IMG/VR virus record: IMGVR_UViG_3300022555_000009
Length of the DNA: 64,000 nucleotides
Source of the DNA: a virus
Strand: one strand, 5' to 3'
Shown here: positions 45,201 to 54,717 of the stretch, piece by piece
How the letters are laid out: every line of letters starts with the position of its first letter
How positions within the stretch are numbered: position 1 is the stretch's first letter
The notes under the pieces: model-generated
What the model was told of the DNA's origin: nothing
What the model saw: only the letters and a program-made list of their open reading frames with translations
Databases searched by the model: none
Position numbers and translations under genes: made by a program

Positions 45201-46623
45201 TATCAAAGCCGCTAGGGTCTTTCTGTAGGCTTCTTACCGCATTAAGATCAGCGCCGCCTACGGTGACATTAGATAAATTAGGATTACCCCCGGAGTCTAT
45301 AAAAAAGGCTTCGTTGCCCAGCGGTATTCTAGGGCTCTCATAAGATATATTTTTTAAGTAGTAATCGTTTCTATATGTCTTAAAGGAGGGTCCCGTCCAA
45401 GCGAAAGTATCTATGTTAGTAAGATCAATGAGTCTGAAATCAGATAGCTCAGCGTTGGCGTGATATAATCCTCCTGCGCTGTATAGGGTACATCCCCCTA
45501 TTTCTAGGACGGGGTCAAAGGACCATGCGGATGTGCTGACAGTTGTATACGCGTCTGCTAAGACAGTACTATCTTCTCCTATGATATAAAGATGTTGCTT
45601 ATTATTAATTCGATCAATGCTTACTCGGAAATATAACCACTGCTGGATTTGAGCATTCGTAGTTACTGCGTTTCCAAGAGGTAGTCCACTTCCTCCAGAC
45701 TGAGAAGAATATATTCTAAATTTATGTACGCTTTGATCATAAACAAGGAAGTCTAACCAATCAGCAGAGCCTCCTTTTTCAATACCGAGGATATACTGAG
45801 AGGTTGCAGTATCATAAGTAAATCTTGGTCGTATCCATCCCTCCCATATAAAGGAAACAGGATGCGCAAAATTCTGATAAACCAATTGATTTAAAGTCGT
45901 GGTGCCTAAATGAAACGGCGTTGCAATACGACCGAGTTCCAACTGTACTTGAGTAGCATAAGTGAATTTAGGGCTTGATCCATTATGATCAATTCTTATG
46001 AACTGGTTAGCCCCAGTGATGTCTCCTGAAGTAGTGAAAGTAGACTCAATCTTATACCACTGGCCGACAGGAATAGACGCAGCTAAAATCTGATTCTGAA
46101 CTAAGGTACCTGTACTAGATAACACATATAAATTAATGAGAGAAGCAGCCTCCTGCATAACCCAAGCGGACACAGTATATACCGTATTAGGAGATAGGGT
46201 TAATCCTAAAAATTCATAGTATTGCTGACCAGCGGATGTTTTAGAAAACTTTCTTACGTTGCCCAAGTATCCGTATGGAGCTTTTACTACCTCTGTGAAG
46301 GTGAGCCCTGTATTCGTCCATCCCGTACCGCTCTCAACAGGATCAAGGATTAAGTTTGACGTGTTATCATAGAGAGAAATATTGGGAATTCTATTACCAT
46401 CAGCCCACTGTTTGCATTTTATATTATCCTGACCCAAAATATAGGGAACATTAGTATTAACAACATTGACAGTAGGTACATTACCTTCTGAAGAAACACA
46501 ACCAGAGTCCCTGAAGTCAAGAAAAACTTCACGAGGATTATTTGGAGTTACAAACGGTACAGGCTTGGATAAAGCCTGTACCGTTGCTGATGAGATATTA
46601 ATAATTTCGTTGGCGTTGGCCAT
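42238..46623 (-). CDS. Tail fibre/receptor-binding protein with carbohydrate-binding-like domains
   Basis: PNTVYTVSAWV...QVQLELGRIATPF (CBM-like), ERMRIDGSGNVGIGT fibre repeats; ACTAATT upstream at 46644-46650. Confidence 0.8.
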   Translation of the reverse strand: MANANEIINISSATVQALSKPVPFVTPNNPREVFLDFRDSGCVSSEGNVPTVNVVNTNVPYILGQDNIKCKQWADGNRIPNISLYDNTSNLILDPVESGTGWTNTGLTFTEVVKAPYGYLGNVRKFSKTSAGQQYYEFLGLTLSPNTVYTVSAWVMQEAASLINLYVLSSTGTLVQNQILAASIPVGQWYKIESTFTTSGDITGANQFIRIDHNGSSPKFTYATQVQLELGRIATPFHLGTTTLNQLVYQNFAHPVSFIWEGWIRPRFTYDTATSQYILGIEKGGSADWLDFLVYDQSVHKFRIYSSQSGGSGLPLGNAVTTNAQIQQWLYFRVSIDRINNKQHLYIIGEDSTVLADAYTTVSTSAWSFDPVLEIGGCTLYSAGGLYHANAELSDFRLIDLTNIDTFAWTGPSFKTYRNDYYLKNISYESPRIPLGNEAFFIDSGGNPNLSNVTVGGADLNAVRSLQKDPSGFDNPANVIMTYSSASRTITLTGTNFQGYFRGRPVPGLTDGWVSPVHAAAPTTPLYLYYDGLNYVWATTPWTFDQVQIAFVYWDTSATFRFALRECHGMMNYLTHQELHQTIGTYLMSGGSLSWQGSIPSSNTATARRPVVALSNIKDEDLITANPSLLNPSYTSSVYTIMYLSGAGAALNWSTSQADIALLSGNTPYWNQWTGTVWQQASMGNNSYMSMWLLSVPATNDAGSQSYRYIWIQGQSSGSLSSEQASNFTSLNLGGLAAVIPEMVPIQRVILRYQGGNWIIQETDAINATKIASISGSFNGMTSVDSDYTLIGLGIPASPLGLSGTYANQFTLTNATNTTSTSTGALLVSGGEYIAQDLYVGGNIGIGRAPTNILDVYSSSALKSNVETSSSTGYAVIQAKANSTYVGQLYQYSTANGNTLFGQSTNNMTLLYSNSNTFFVLGVNNAIPLIFGTSGSERMRIDGSGNVGIGTAPSTILHVLGAGGIKLQTTGATDTFFIDAYKDSTSQYRVYHNGTAVYNDVNTSYVVRLSQLGGSGGYMIVSGGASDSGTITNNAITMAGGNIAASGVVRASTGYGTTSSVVTQGFTTSYVTGGYAPMINLGVGYYGIGYLQGTGGYQGVDSIAYHFGPASPNRTNAYFQVNSVGNIWMNGTNAPVTAGAVLNISKGVAYANLPAAVAYDVAIFSASDAPSIRIAEVNGSPVQLTIGMDNAQSGASMATTMGALKFWTSSALDTSGHAGAGGTLGMTISGTTVTATTFSGSLSGTATNATNVTGSGTISGTTTGGGSLTVSSASTVSSATQSSITTCSNLTTVGTVATGTWASLINASATLTSTEDHTTSANYYPLFTTLASTGTLKTSTGFTFNPSTVSLLVSGTNIYYTGSIGGINFGQSNPANGAVWATYIPISTTVNLNITGTHVVIWKMSGGSGMIILYTNGTVANNIMGTFSSSGATCTRANTGVAWSFTTGGTYPVYITVMTAG

Positions 46624-46657
46624 TCTTTAATCCCTTATTAAAGAATTAGTAAGAATT

Positions 46658-46948
46658 TTACCCGCCAACACCTTCGCCACCATTGCTACCACCGTGATCT
46701 CCTTCTTCGGCTATTACGTCAGGAGGAGTAGGCCAGAAAGCAACTCCCCTTACTGTAAGATTAGTCTCACCCTGCTCTTGAAACGCGTCACCAGTGACAA
46801 TCATATTCCCATTGGCAGCAAAATACTGACAAATTGCTTTACCTATCTTTATCCAAGTATCAGTTAGCGTTTTTCTCATGGAAGCTGGAACACCAGGATC
46901 TACAAGAATAGAGGCTATTAGTTTTCCTAGTTCTTCGCCGTCTAGCAT
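46658..46948 (-). CDS. Small baseplate-associated protein
   Basis: MLDGEELGK...WIKIGKAICQYF; follows the spike gene. Confidence 0.4.
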   Translation of the reverse strand: MLDGEELGKLIASILVDPGVPASMRKTLTDTWIKIGKAICQYFAANGNMIVTGDAFQEQGETNLTVRGVAFWPTPPDVIAEEGDHGGSNGGEGVGG

Positions 46949-46961
46949 GATTTTTCCTTTT

Positions 46962-48032
46962 TTAAAAGCCGGCGAACACAGCCGCAGTGTGTGGTACGCC
47001 TGTGAATAGACAGAAGGGTAACCCGCAGAAGGGGCCGGGGCCTCCAGCATTTGGAGTAGTAGCTCCGTTAGGGAATTTTAAAAAATTAGAGGTAACGTAT
47101 AAAGCAGATGTGGACACGGTGATCGCGGGTGCCGTTAATGTAATAGCGCCTCCTGCAGTTATGGTAACTACTCCAGCTCCAGCTGTTAAAGCCAAAGCCC
47201 CGGCCGCTACCGTCAAAGCATATGCTCCTGCTGTCACCGTAGTGGCGGATCCACCCGCCACTATAGTTTTAACTTCTCCTAATCCAATTACTTCTGTTTT
47301 AGTTGTAGTAGTGAAATCATTGCGAGCGGCGAGAGTAGCCATAGACATGTCGCCAGAGGCAGTAACCTGATAAGTGCCTCCAGCTCTCACCCCGACAGAT
47401 CCGTGAGTCTTAGAATCATATGATTCATGTGTTTCTGTATGACTCCCGGAGTTTATAGTCATAGAATCAACTTCGAAATCACCCAAAGTACCCGTAACAA
47501 TCATTTCGCCCTTATTAGTGAAATTGATTTTCATTTTTCTATTCTGTACCACTAGAGTGCCATCAGAGTCGTGCATCATCACTAGTTTATTGCTGTATAC
47601 CATTCCGGAGATACCTAAGGCTTTATCCGTGAACTCGATAGCATCATTTGCTTTGACTATAAAGCTAAGATTATTATATCGGGATAGCTTAAAACCAGCG
47701 TTGGTCTCAGCCTCTTGAATAAGACTTATGGCATTTACTACTTCCCTCGAGCCATCCGTTATCTCTGCTGGGCCTAAAATAAACCCTACTTGGAAGTCTT
47801 CCACGGTCAAGACCCATACATAATCGCCTACGTTATAGGCACTCTGAGTATTCTTGAAGAAATTAGGGAAGCGAGGTAACTGGTCAATTACCGTAAAGTC
47901 TTGCATATCAGGTAGAATACGACATGCATAGTTATTATGATCAAAGTTCTCTACAGTATCGTAGTATTTTTCATCTTCGATTACGGCCTTACATAATCGA
48001 TAATCAGTTTTTATCTGAAAGGGCGCGTTCAT
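46962..48032 (-). CDS. Baseplate central spike (gp5/gpV-like)
   Basis: OB-fold-like YNVGDYVWV...GFILG, beta-helix repeats, terminal C-x-F-T-G-x-P-H. Confidence 0.65.
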   Translation of the reverse strand: MNAPFQIKTDYRLCKAVIEDEKYYDTVENFDHNNYACRILPDMQDFTVIDQLPRFPNFFKNTQSAYNVGDYVWVLTVEDFQVGFILGPAEITDGSREVVNAISLIQEAETNAGFKLSRYNNLSFIVKANDAIEFTDKALGISGMVYSNKLVMMHDSDGTLVVQNRKMKINFTNKGEMIVTGTLGDFEVDSMTINSGSHTETHESYDSKTHGSVGVRAGGTYQVTASGDMSMATLAARNDFTTTTKTEVIGLGEVKTIVAGGSATTVTAGAYALTVAAGALALTAGAGVVTITAGGAITLTAPAITVSTSALYVTSNFLKFPNGATTPNAGGPGPFCGLPFCLFTGVPHTAAVFAGF

Positions 48033-48141
48033 CTTCGTTTTCCTTTAGCTCAGATTCTTTTTGAATTGACTCTTGCGTCTGCTCCAAAGGTTCGTCTCCG
48101 AAAAGACGCTTTTCTAAGTAATCTAACTTGACAGAGTCCAT
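48004..48141 (-). CDS. 45-aa acidic ORF not in the ORF track
   Basis: TAATG coupling to the upstream gene; MDSVKLDYLEKRLFGDEP... Confidence 0.4.
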   Translation of the reverse strand: MDSVKLDYLEKRLFGDEPLEQTQESIQKESELKENEDERALSDKN

Positions 48142-48686
48142 TATGTACCTCTATTATTTAGTGAGTTTTCGGTATTAGTCGAACCCACTTCAGCTATGAT
48201 ATTTTTCGATAACTGAGAAAGTACATATTGCTGTGTTTGCCACGACTCCAATAGTCGGCGTAGAAAAGACACCTTATGATCTGCTACTAGGACTTCATCA
48301 TTTAAAGCTCTATACTCCTCTTTGAATTCCTTGCGCACCAACATCTCTAGTTCTTTAGCTGCTACCCACTTCTGAGCTGACATATCAGATCGATTTTCTC
48401 TATGCCGTATGTCAATATACTTATCCGCATACCAGTCGTCGAATTCTTCCTTCTTCTTAGTATGGTCAATCTTGGCTACATTGTAAAGACTAAGAAGAGT
48501 TAAATATATTAGCTGATAATTGCATAATGCTGAATTGAGTTCGTGAAAAGAGATTTCTTTGTCGGATCCGATGTGAGAATACTCTTTCATCTTTTCGATT
48601 TGAGCATTGACAAAAATTATAAAAAGCTCCTCCGGAGGAGCTTTTTGATCAAGAATACTGGGCTGCTTCACTGGTCGCTGTTCCAT
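48141..48686 (-). CDS. UvsY-like recombination mediator
   Basis: Helical protein coupled (TAATG) to recA. Confidence 0.5.
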   Translation of the reverse strand: MEQRPVKQPSILDQKAPPEELFIIFVNAQIEKMKEYSHIGSDKEISFHELNSALCNYQLIYLTLLSLYNVAKIDHTKKKEEFDDWYADKYIDIRHRENRSDMSAQKWVAAKELEMLVRKEFKEEYRALNDEVLVADHKVSFLRRLLESWQTQQYVLSQLSKNIIAEVGSTNTENSLNNRGT

Positions 48687-50815
48687 TACTCATCTCCTAA
48701 GTCGTCCGATTCTTCGTCGGCTTCTAGAGAATCTAGTACTGTCGCTTTAGTAAATGATTCATTTACTATGCGTTTACAATCTTCAAATTTTTCTGGGTTG
48801 GCTTTGAGGTAAGTCAAAAGCGAATCCCTACCTTGTCCTTTCCAACCCCAAACATCGTTGGACATCCAACCTGCGCCAGCGACCTTTACAATACCTAGAT
48901 CCATGATGAACTGGATATACTCGTTATCGGGATCAAAACCAGTCTCATACTTTAGATCAAGTATGGCGGATCTCTTAGGAATACCCACTTTGTTTTTCAC
49001 ATTTCGAATCTTTACAACGTTACCTATAACAACTTTCTTTATAGCGATATCTTCCATCTTAGATACTTTAGCTCTCCAAGAAGCGTAGAACTTAATAGCT
49101 CTTCCACCAGGAGTAATATCTTCTGGCTTTCCATTAGGAGACCACCCACCTATATTATCGCGAACCTGATTAAGAAGAATAAGGGTAATATTGAATCGAG
49201 ATATATAAGGATTTAATTTACGTAGCCCCTGCGAAAATAGCTTAGCAGTGGCTCCAAAATTCGATTTCCCATATACATCTTCGACTTCAGCTGCTGAGGG
49301 TGTTGCTGCAATGGAATCATAAATAATGCATCCTATCTGGCCTGTCGCAACAAGCTCTTCCATAATAGTAAAAGCTTCCTCTCCGTTCATAGGCCTCACG
49401 AATATGAGATCTTCATCGGCAAGACTTAGTCCGGCTACCTGAGCGTACTTCTTTTCGAAAGAATGTTCCATATCAATAAAGAGTACCATCTTAGGTCCAC
49501 CATCTGTTCTTCGTTGGAACTGACCTCCAATATAGGAACTGATAACAGTATTGTGTGTAGGAATAAAATTATCTGTAATATACAGATGCTCTACATCGTC
49601 TACCATGATACATGAACATTCTTCTTTTCCCACATACTCGACGCTTTTGATATATTGATATCTAATTGTCTTCCTTGACTTCGAAAGAAATAAATCTTTT
49701 TTTCGCTCCAGAGCGAAAGGAGATCCCAACTTCTGTGGCAGCGCCAAGTGTAGCCTATACGATAGAGCTCCTTCTTTTTTTTCTCCTTTGTAGGTGTACG
49801 AAGTCTTTTTTACTTTTATCCTGGCTGTGCCTCCCAGGCTATGAACAATATCGACAACATCTTCAGCTAGCTTTTTGCTAGAGGAAGAGTATTCAATGCC
49901 GCTGTGTTTAACATCCTTGCCAATATGCCCATCGGTGTCCAGTAAACCCCGAAGCAAATTCATTCTATCCTCTATAGAAGACCATTTATAATCGAAGGGA
50001 ATAAACTTATCATAAGAATTTCTACCTTGAAGGTCTAGTTGTTTTAGTATTGCCGGAAGAGACCCCTTCGACTTTATTCTCCAATCATAGAAGGAGGCTT
50101 GAGACAACTCAAACCCCAAAATACTTTTTATCGAATCTATAAGTTGTTGATCTTCAGAGGAAAATTGAGTCATAGCCTGAGTCATGCATCCATCACCCAA
50201 AAGAAGTCCTAAAACATAAGGATCTAAGGGCAAGCTTTTTTTAAGGAACTCCTGAGGCTGAATCAATTCTAAATAATCTGCGTCAGGACTATTTATTTTC
50301 CCATATTTAGAAAGAGACTTATTGATATTTTTTGCCAGATCCTCTGTGGTCACTGTTTTTAAGCAGGAATCCTCAAAATTTTTAGATTTTCTAGCCCATC
50401 TTGTAGAATACTTTGAAGACTTAACGTTCCATAGATGATCTCTTCCCGCCCTTGTTGTAGATCCATCTCGAAGGGTTATCTCAAATACATCTTTTTCTCC
50501 CTGCGGAAATACACCCGTGACATTAGTTACTCTCCCTGAAGGAGTACAAACCTTATCACCTACCTTAAGATTTCCCATAAGGGTCCATCCGGTTGGTGTC
50601 AGTACCCTAGAACTATTAGGCTGTTCTTTGCCACCGCTCTCCGGCCCAAAGAATTCTATTATACGACCGAGAGGAACTCCTCCACCCATAATATAATTCA
50701 GCTGAGGAGAAGACATCACTAATCTCCTCACGAGACCAGCTTCCTCTACATTGGGTAGGGAGTCGGAGTAATCCTTCTTTAATTTTGTTAGAACTTTTGT
50801 TAGTTCCTTATTCAC
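48686..50815 (-). CDS. recA: RecA recombinase, intein-containing
   Basis: GGVPLGRIIEFFGPESGGK/T, FIDMEH, YDSIAA, NQVRD, TPGGRAIKFYAS, KNKVG. Confidence 0.95.
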   Translation of the reverse strand: MNKELTKVLTKLKKDYSDSLPNVEEAGLVRRLVMSSPQLNYIMGGGVPLGRIIEFFGPESGGKEQPNSSRVLTPTGWTLMGNLKVGDKVCTPSGRVTNVTGVFPQGEKDVFEITLRDGSTTRAGRDHLWNVKSSKYSTRWARKSKNFEDSCLKTVTTEDLAKNINKSLSKYGKINSPDADYLELIQPQEFLKKSLPLDPYVLGLLLGDGCMTQAMTQFSSEDQQLIDSIKSILGFELSQASFYDWRIKSKGSLPAILKQLDLQGRNSYDKFIPFDYKWSSIEDRMNLLRGLLDTDGHIGKDVKHSGIEYSSSSKKLAEDVVDIVHSLGGTARIKVKKTSYTYKGEKKEGALSYRLHLALPQKLGSPFALERKKDLFLSKSRKTIRYQYIKSVEYVGKEECSCIMVDDVEHLYITDNFIPTHNTVISSYIGGQFQRRTDGGPKMVLFIDMEHSFEKKYAQVAGLSLADEDLIFVRPMNGEEAFTIMEELVATGQIGCIIYDSIAATPSAAEVEDVYGKSNFGATAKLFSQGLRKLNPYISRFNITLILLNQVRDNIGGWSPNGKPEDITPGGRAIKFYASWRAKVSKMEDIAIKKVVIGNVVKIRNVKNKVGIPKRSAILDLKYETGFDPDNEYIQFIMDLGIVKVAGAGWMSNDVWGWKGQGRDSLLTYLKANPEKFEDCKRIVNESFTKATVLDSLEADEESDDLGDE
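49550..50626 (-). mobile_element. Class-3-type LAGLIDADG intein (359 aa) in the RecA P-loop, first residue Glu
   Basis: EQPNSSRVLTPTGW; DHLW; LGLLLGDG and LRGLLDTDG; ECSCIMV; IPTHN/T. Confidence 0.9.
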
Positions 50816-51525
50816 ATATTCTCCTTAAATGTTGTTACACGGTACTGTATTGGATTTTCCGCTTCACCTTTCTCTGTTTCGGAAAAATCCCAAATAGAGG
50901 GCTCGATGGCGTTTGATATACTCTTATCCATCACTGCTACAAGTCTTCCCCAATCTACAGGCTTTTTTAAACGGATATATAGATTTTTTATTTGAGTGAA
51001 CTCTTTGGCATTCCACTGAAAAGTTCCTCGACAATGCTCTTTCCACAGCCACATCATTTGTGATAACTCTTCCGATATATTTCCGGTGGCTCTCATAAAT
51101 TCATCATAAGTTCTCGCCTTAGTAATAGCGGTATAAAACTCTTTCTTAGACACCACTTCTTTTAAGATAACCGGAGCACAGTCTAGAAGCAGCGCCTGTA
51201 TATTCCTCATGTCTAACTTGAAAAACCTCCTTGCAGGCATTCCTAATCGCTTAGTTTGTACCAGCTGCTTCTTTATTAAAGAATTGATAGCCGCGCATTG
51301 ACGATAGTATGTCATACCTAAGTCTCTCTCAAGATAATCTACAGTTTGGAAAAACCAACCATCAGTTGTCTGATCTTTAAAGTACTTATACGCGGAGACG
51401 AGCTCCGTCAGCACTATGGCTTCATCGCAATCCTTTAATTGTCTTAAAAGAGACTTATTAACCATTAAAAATGTATCGTTTGATAGAAGCTCTAAAACAT
51501 ACTGTTCTGAACCCACATTTATCAT
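50812..51525 (-). CDS. Winged-helix replication initiator-like protein
   Basis: GWFFQTVDYLERDLGMTYYRQ...GMPARRFFKLD. Confidence 0.6.
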   Translation of the reverse strand: MINVGSEQYVLELLSNDTFLMVNKSLLRQLKDCDEAIVLTELVSAYKYFKDQTTDGWFFQTVDYLERDLGMTYYRQCAAINSLIKKQLVQTKRLGMPARRFFKLDMRNIQALLLDCAPVILKEVVSKKEFYTAITKARTYDEFMRATGNISEELSQMMWLWKEHCRGTFQWNAKEFTQIKNLYIRLKKPVDWGRLVAVMDKSISNAIEPSIWDFSETEKGEAENPIQYRVTTFKENM

Positions 51526-51818
51526 AGACCCTTTCCTAGGAAGAACTCACCGAGACTAAGAACAAACTTATCTACGGTTGTGCATTCCCTCAGCTTCCTT
51601 TGTAGTAGAATATAGTGTCTATCTCCGAAAGATACTCCATGGTCCTCAGTTTTCTTTTTGATTAAATCTGATACTTGGCCAAAGGTGAGACTCTTCCATT
51701 TGTGACCCGATAACTCATTCTTAAACAGATCCTCTACAACCGAGAGCATCGAAGGATACTTTACGATCACTTCTTCTTCAGGAGGCTTCAAGGTTTCAGT
51801 ATGCATTCCATTAGTCAT
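51522..51818 (-). CDS. Hypothetical protein
   Basis: Overlap-coupled in operon. Confidence 0.5.
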   Translation of the reverse strand: MTNGMHTETLKPPEEEVIVKYPSMLSVVEDLFKNELSGHKWKSLTFGQVSDLIKKKTEDHGVSFGDRHYILLQRKLRECTTVDKFVLSLGEFFLGKGL

Positions 51819-53001
51819 TTCTCATGCTCCTCGGAGGACGCACCCCAATGATCTCCACATTTCTCTCGTGGAATTCCTTGTCAAACTGCTCTTGGCGAGT
51901 AAGAGGAGTTTGCTCTACCATAGGTCGAATAGCGTTGCTCTTCGAGAACCAATTAGCCATCTTGCTGAGAAAGTATGCCTTGCGGAGGTATGGCTTTGTC
52001 TCTTTTGAGAGATCATCCATAACCACTAGAAGTTCTCGAAGGCCAGGACTTTTAGCCATCGCCTTAGTTGATGCTTCATAGTACTCATTCTTTGTATACC
52101 CTGTCATACCATACACATAGGCGTCCACAAGAGCCGAGTAGGCGATATTGAAAAAATCTTCGATATTGAGATCCGCTATGTCTGTAAAGAAAGTGAGGTC
52201 TCTATTTAAGAGCTTCATCAAAGTTCCATTAATGGTGCTTTCATCGATAATACCGAGATTAGATTTAATCTCTTCGACTGTATAGTACTTGCCTACGAGA
52301 CATTTTTCTAAGTACTGAACACCCTCGCGAAGAGATCCGCGAGCAGATCCGGCGATAGAGGCTAATCCTGCGAGCTTGAATGAATCTGGAATACTTTTAT
52401 CATTCCAGAGATTCATCTTCTCCAAGATACCCTTGAGAGCTATCATAATATCTTTTGTATTGAAAGGTTTAAAATTGAAGGTTTGGCACCTACTCTGTAT
52501 AGCGGTAGGGATGCCAGTATTAAACATAGACAGGAGAATGAAGTGTACATGACTTCTGGGCTTCTCTAGGATCTTCAACATCGCACTTTTAGCCTGCGCG
52601 CTAAGTTGATCAGCTTCCTCAATAATGAGAATTTTCTTCTTATCATACATAGGAGCCGAATCTGCGATCTGGCCGAAATCAACTACGTCATCCTTACCCG
52701 AGAAGGAGGATCCGTCTAGTACTACTACATCCCTATCGAAGCGCTCTTCGATGATAGACTTGCAAGCCACACATTCACAGCAAGGATCGCCTTCTTTTGT
52801 GAGACTCTTACAAACTAGAGTCATAGCGACAAGGTGTGCCGCTGTTGTTTTTCCTGTTCCAGAAGGACCCTTCATTAACATGGCTGTGGGCCAATCTCCG
52901 GAAGTTTGTCTAGCCTTTAGTTCTTTTACAACTCCTTCTTGATTGTATATATCTGAAAACTTTCTAGGCCTCATTATAATAGACAATTGAGTAACTCCCA
53001 T
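51811..53001 (-). CDS. dnaX: DNA polymerase III gamma/tau-like clamp loader subunit
   Basis: RPRKFSD, GPSGTGKTT, CCECVAC, IIEEAD, LKILEKP, SRC, GSLRE. Confidence 0.88.
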   Translation of the reverse strand: MGVTQLSIIMRPRKFSDIYNQEGVVKELKARQTSGDWPTAMLMKGPSGTGKTTAAHLVAMTLVCKSLTKEGDPCCECVACKSIIEERFDRDVVVLDGSSFSGKDDVVDFGQIADSAPMYDKKKILIIEEADQLSAQAKSAMLKILEKPRSHVHFILLSMFNTGIPTAIQSRCQTFNFKPFNTKDIMIALKGILEKMNLWNDKSIPDSFKLAGLASIAGSARGSLREGVQYLEKCLVGKYYTVEEIKSNLGIIDESTINGTLMKLLNRDLTFFTDIADLNIEDFFNIAYSALVDAYVYGMTGYTKNEYYEASTKAMAKSPGLRELLVVMDDLSKETKPYLRKAYFLSKMANWFSKSNAIRPMVEQTPLTRQEQFDKEFHERNVEIIGVRPPRSMRND

Positions 53002-53048
53002 TCATCTCTCCTTAGATACTGAATATAGGGATGAATGGGAGTTTTTAT

Positions 53049-54356
53049 TTATAGGGAAATTCCGGTTCCTGCCCCTTGTGTTGCAATTGGAGATTCTCCG
53101 GTGACCACGTAGTATTTTGCAGTGTCTGTGGCATTCAGATTAGTTGTCAACGTAGTATTTCCTACTCTAAGAGTGGTCTGAGCTCTGTTTCCTCTATATA
53201 TGGTTAAACTTACCTCTGTACAGAACCAGTCTCTAGTATAAAGAGAGGGGTTAAATACGTCTGTTGACAATTCGTCTTTTGATAAGTTTACAGATATGTA
53301 ACGGCCTAAAACAGCGCTGTGTACATAGGGGCAAGATAACTCGAGATGGAATCCTTCGAGAAGCTCATTACCATATCTAGTCAGTAATTCTGTCACGGTA
53401 TCACTGCGGTCTTGGCTGGAGTCTTCTTGAATGATTCTAGTAAATTCCCCTGGATTGATAAGGCCTCTTTTGGAGGTAATGGGAACAAATCCTACTTCTC
53501 CCGGTCCAATGACTAGAGGAGTGATATCTTTCAAGAATCCTTTCATAGGCTCGTTTACGGCTCTATACTGGTTTATGGAGTACATGTAGGTAAGACCAGG
53601 ATTAGTATTTTGCCAGATTACTCCTCCGTCCACCATCAATTTGAGATTGTTAATGAATATATCGCCATCGTAATCCGGATCTGAACTAGATAGAGGCACT
53701 AGGTGCAATGCCCTGTCTGCAGCCCTGAATTTCTTATGAGATTTTTTAACTATATTTGTCGAGGTGGCTACGAACTTATGAGTATCGTCCGTATAGATGA
53801 AGGGGGGACAATAATTTTCTCCCCTCATATGAAATCTAAGTCTATCTTCGATGAACTTGCCTGGCGTCATATAGGTTCTCCACCTAGTCAGTATATCGTC
53901 GGCACTTTGATTGATTTCAGCATTAAGAATAAATGAAGATAACTCTGCATCATACATAGTTCGCAGTATATCTGTTATTCTTCCTGTGTATGCTCTGGAT
54001 CCTATTTTTTGTTTGAAGTACCAGGGGCTTATGAGAGTAATAGTAACTAAGCCAGGTATTGTTCTTCCCGAAGTTCCAGGACCTGCTTCTATTTTAAATA
54101 TAGATAGTGGCTTCACGGAGTCGGGGCTATAATCTTGGCTAAATACAAAAGTTAAATCCTTCCCTACTATAAGGGTTCCATCTTCTATATAGTTAGAAGG
54201 TGCATTAAAGGTCCATGTCCCCGTTGTATATAGGCTGTTTACATTTGAAACAATATTTAAAACTTTTGTAGCTGCTTTAAGGGCTGTCAAGTCCTCTCCA
54301 GTCTCAACGTAGACTTGCCAGTCTACGTTTGCAGTAAAATCAAGTGGTTCAGGCAT
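53049..54356 (-). CDS. Putative baseplate hub (gp27/gpD-like)
   Basis: Position; SRAYTGRITDIL; terminal WFCTEVSLTI...TTLRV. Confidence 0.5.
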   Translation of the reverse strand: MPEPLDFTANVDWQVYVETGEDLTALKAATKVLNIVSNVNSLYTTGTWTFNAPSNYIEDGTLIVGKDLTFVFSQDYSPDSVKPLSIFKIEAGPGTSGRTIPGLVTITLISPWYFKQKIGSRAYTGRITDILRTMYDAELSSFILNAEINQSADDILTRWRTYMTPGKFIEDRLRFHMRGENYCPPFIYTDDTHKFVATSTNIVKKSHKKFRAADRALHLVPLSSSDPDYDGDIFINNLKLMVDGGVIWQNTNPGLTYMYSINQYRAVNEPMKGFLKDITPLVIGPGEVGFVPITSKRGLINPGEFTRIIQEDSSQDRSDTVTELLTRYGNELLEGFHLELSCPYVHSAVLGRYISVNLSKDELSTDVFNPSLYTRDWFCTEVSLTIYRGNRAQTTLRVGNTTLTTNLNATDTAKYYVVTGESPIATQGAGTGISL

Positions 54357-54705
54357 TATTTGTTACCTTCCATTTATTTATGAAACCGAGAATATCTTTT
54401 CTGGTAGGTATAATAGCCACATCTCCAACATTGATTAAATCTTTATGAGCTATATTATTTATAGTTAAAATAATATCGTCGTATTGTGCAGGCTTGTCCT
54501 GTGAAGTACTTCCATCTAAGAAGTACTGTATAATTTGAAAGGGCTTGCTCATAAAGGAAGTATCCATCGGGTACTGAAACGGAGGCTCTGTAATTTCGAA
54601 GGATCCAAAATCAACAGACAGAGGATCTGGGTACTGCTGGTTATCTATATCAACTTGAGTACTTGGTTTCATTAGGTTGTATCGAGATACAATGGGATCT
54701 GCCAT
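54349..54705 (-). CDS. Putative baseplate wedge protein (gp53/LysM-like)
   Basis: DDIILTINNI...VGDVAIIP. Confidence 0.55.
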   Translation of the reverse strand: MADPIVSRYNLMKPSTQVDIDNQQYPDPLSVDFGSFEITEPPFQYPMDTSFMSKPFQIIQYFLDGSTSQDKPAQYDDIILTINNIAHKDLINVGDVAIIPTRKDILGFINKWKVTNNA

Positions 54706-54717
54706 TTCAATTTCCTT

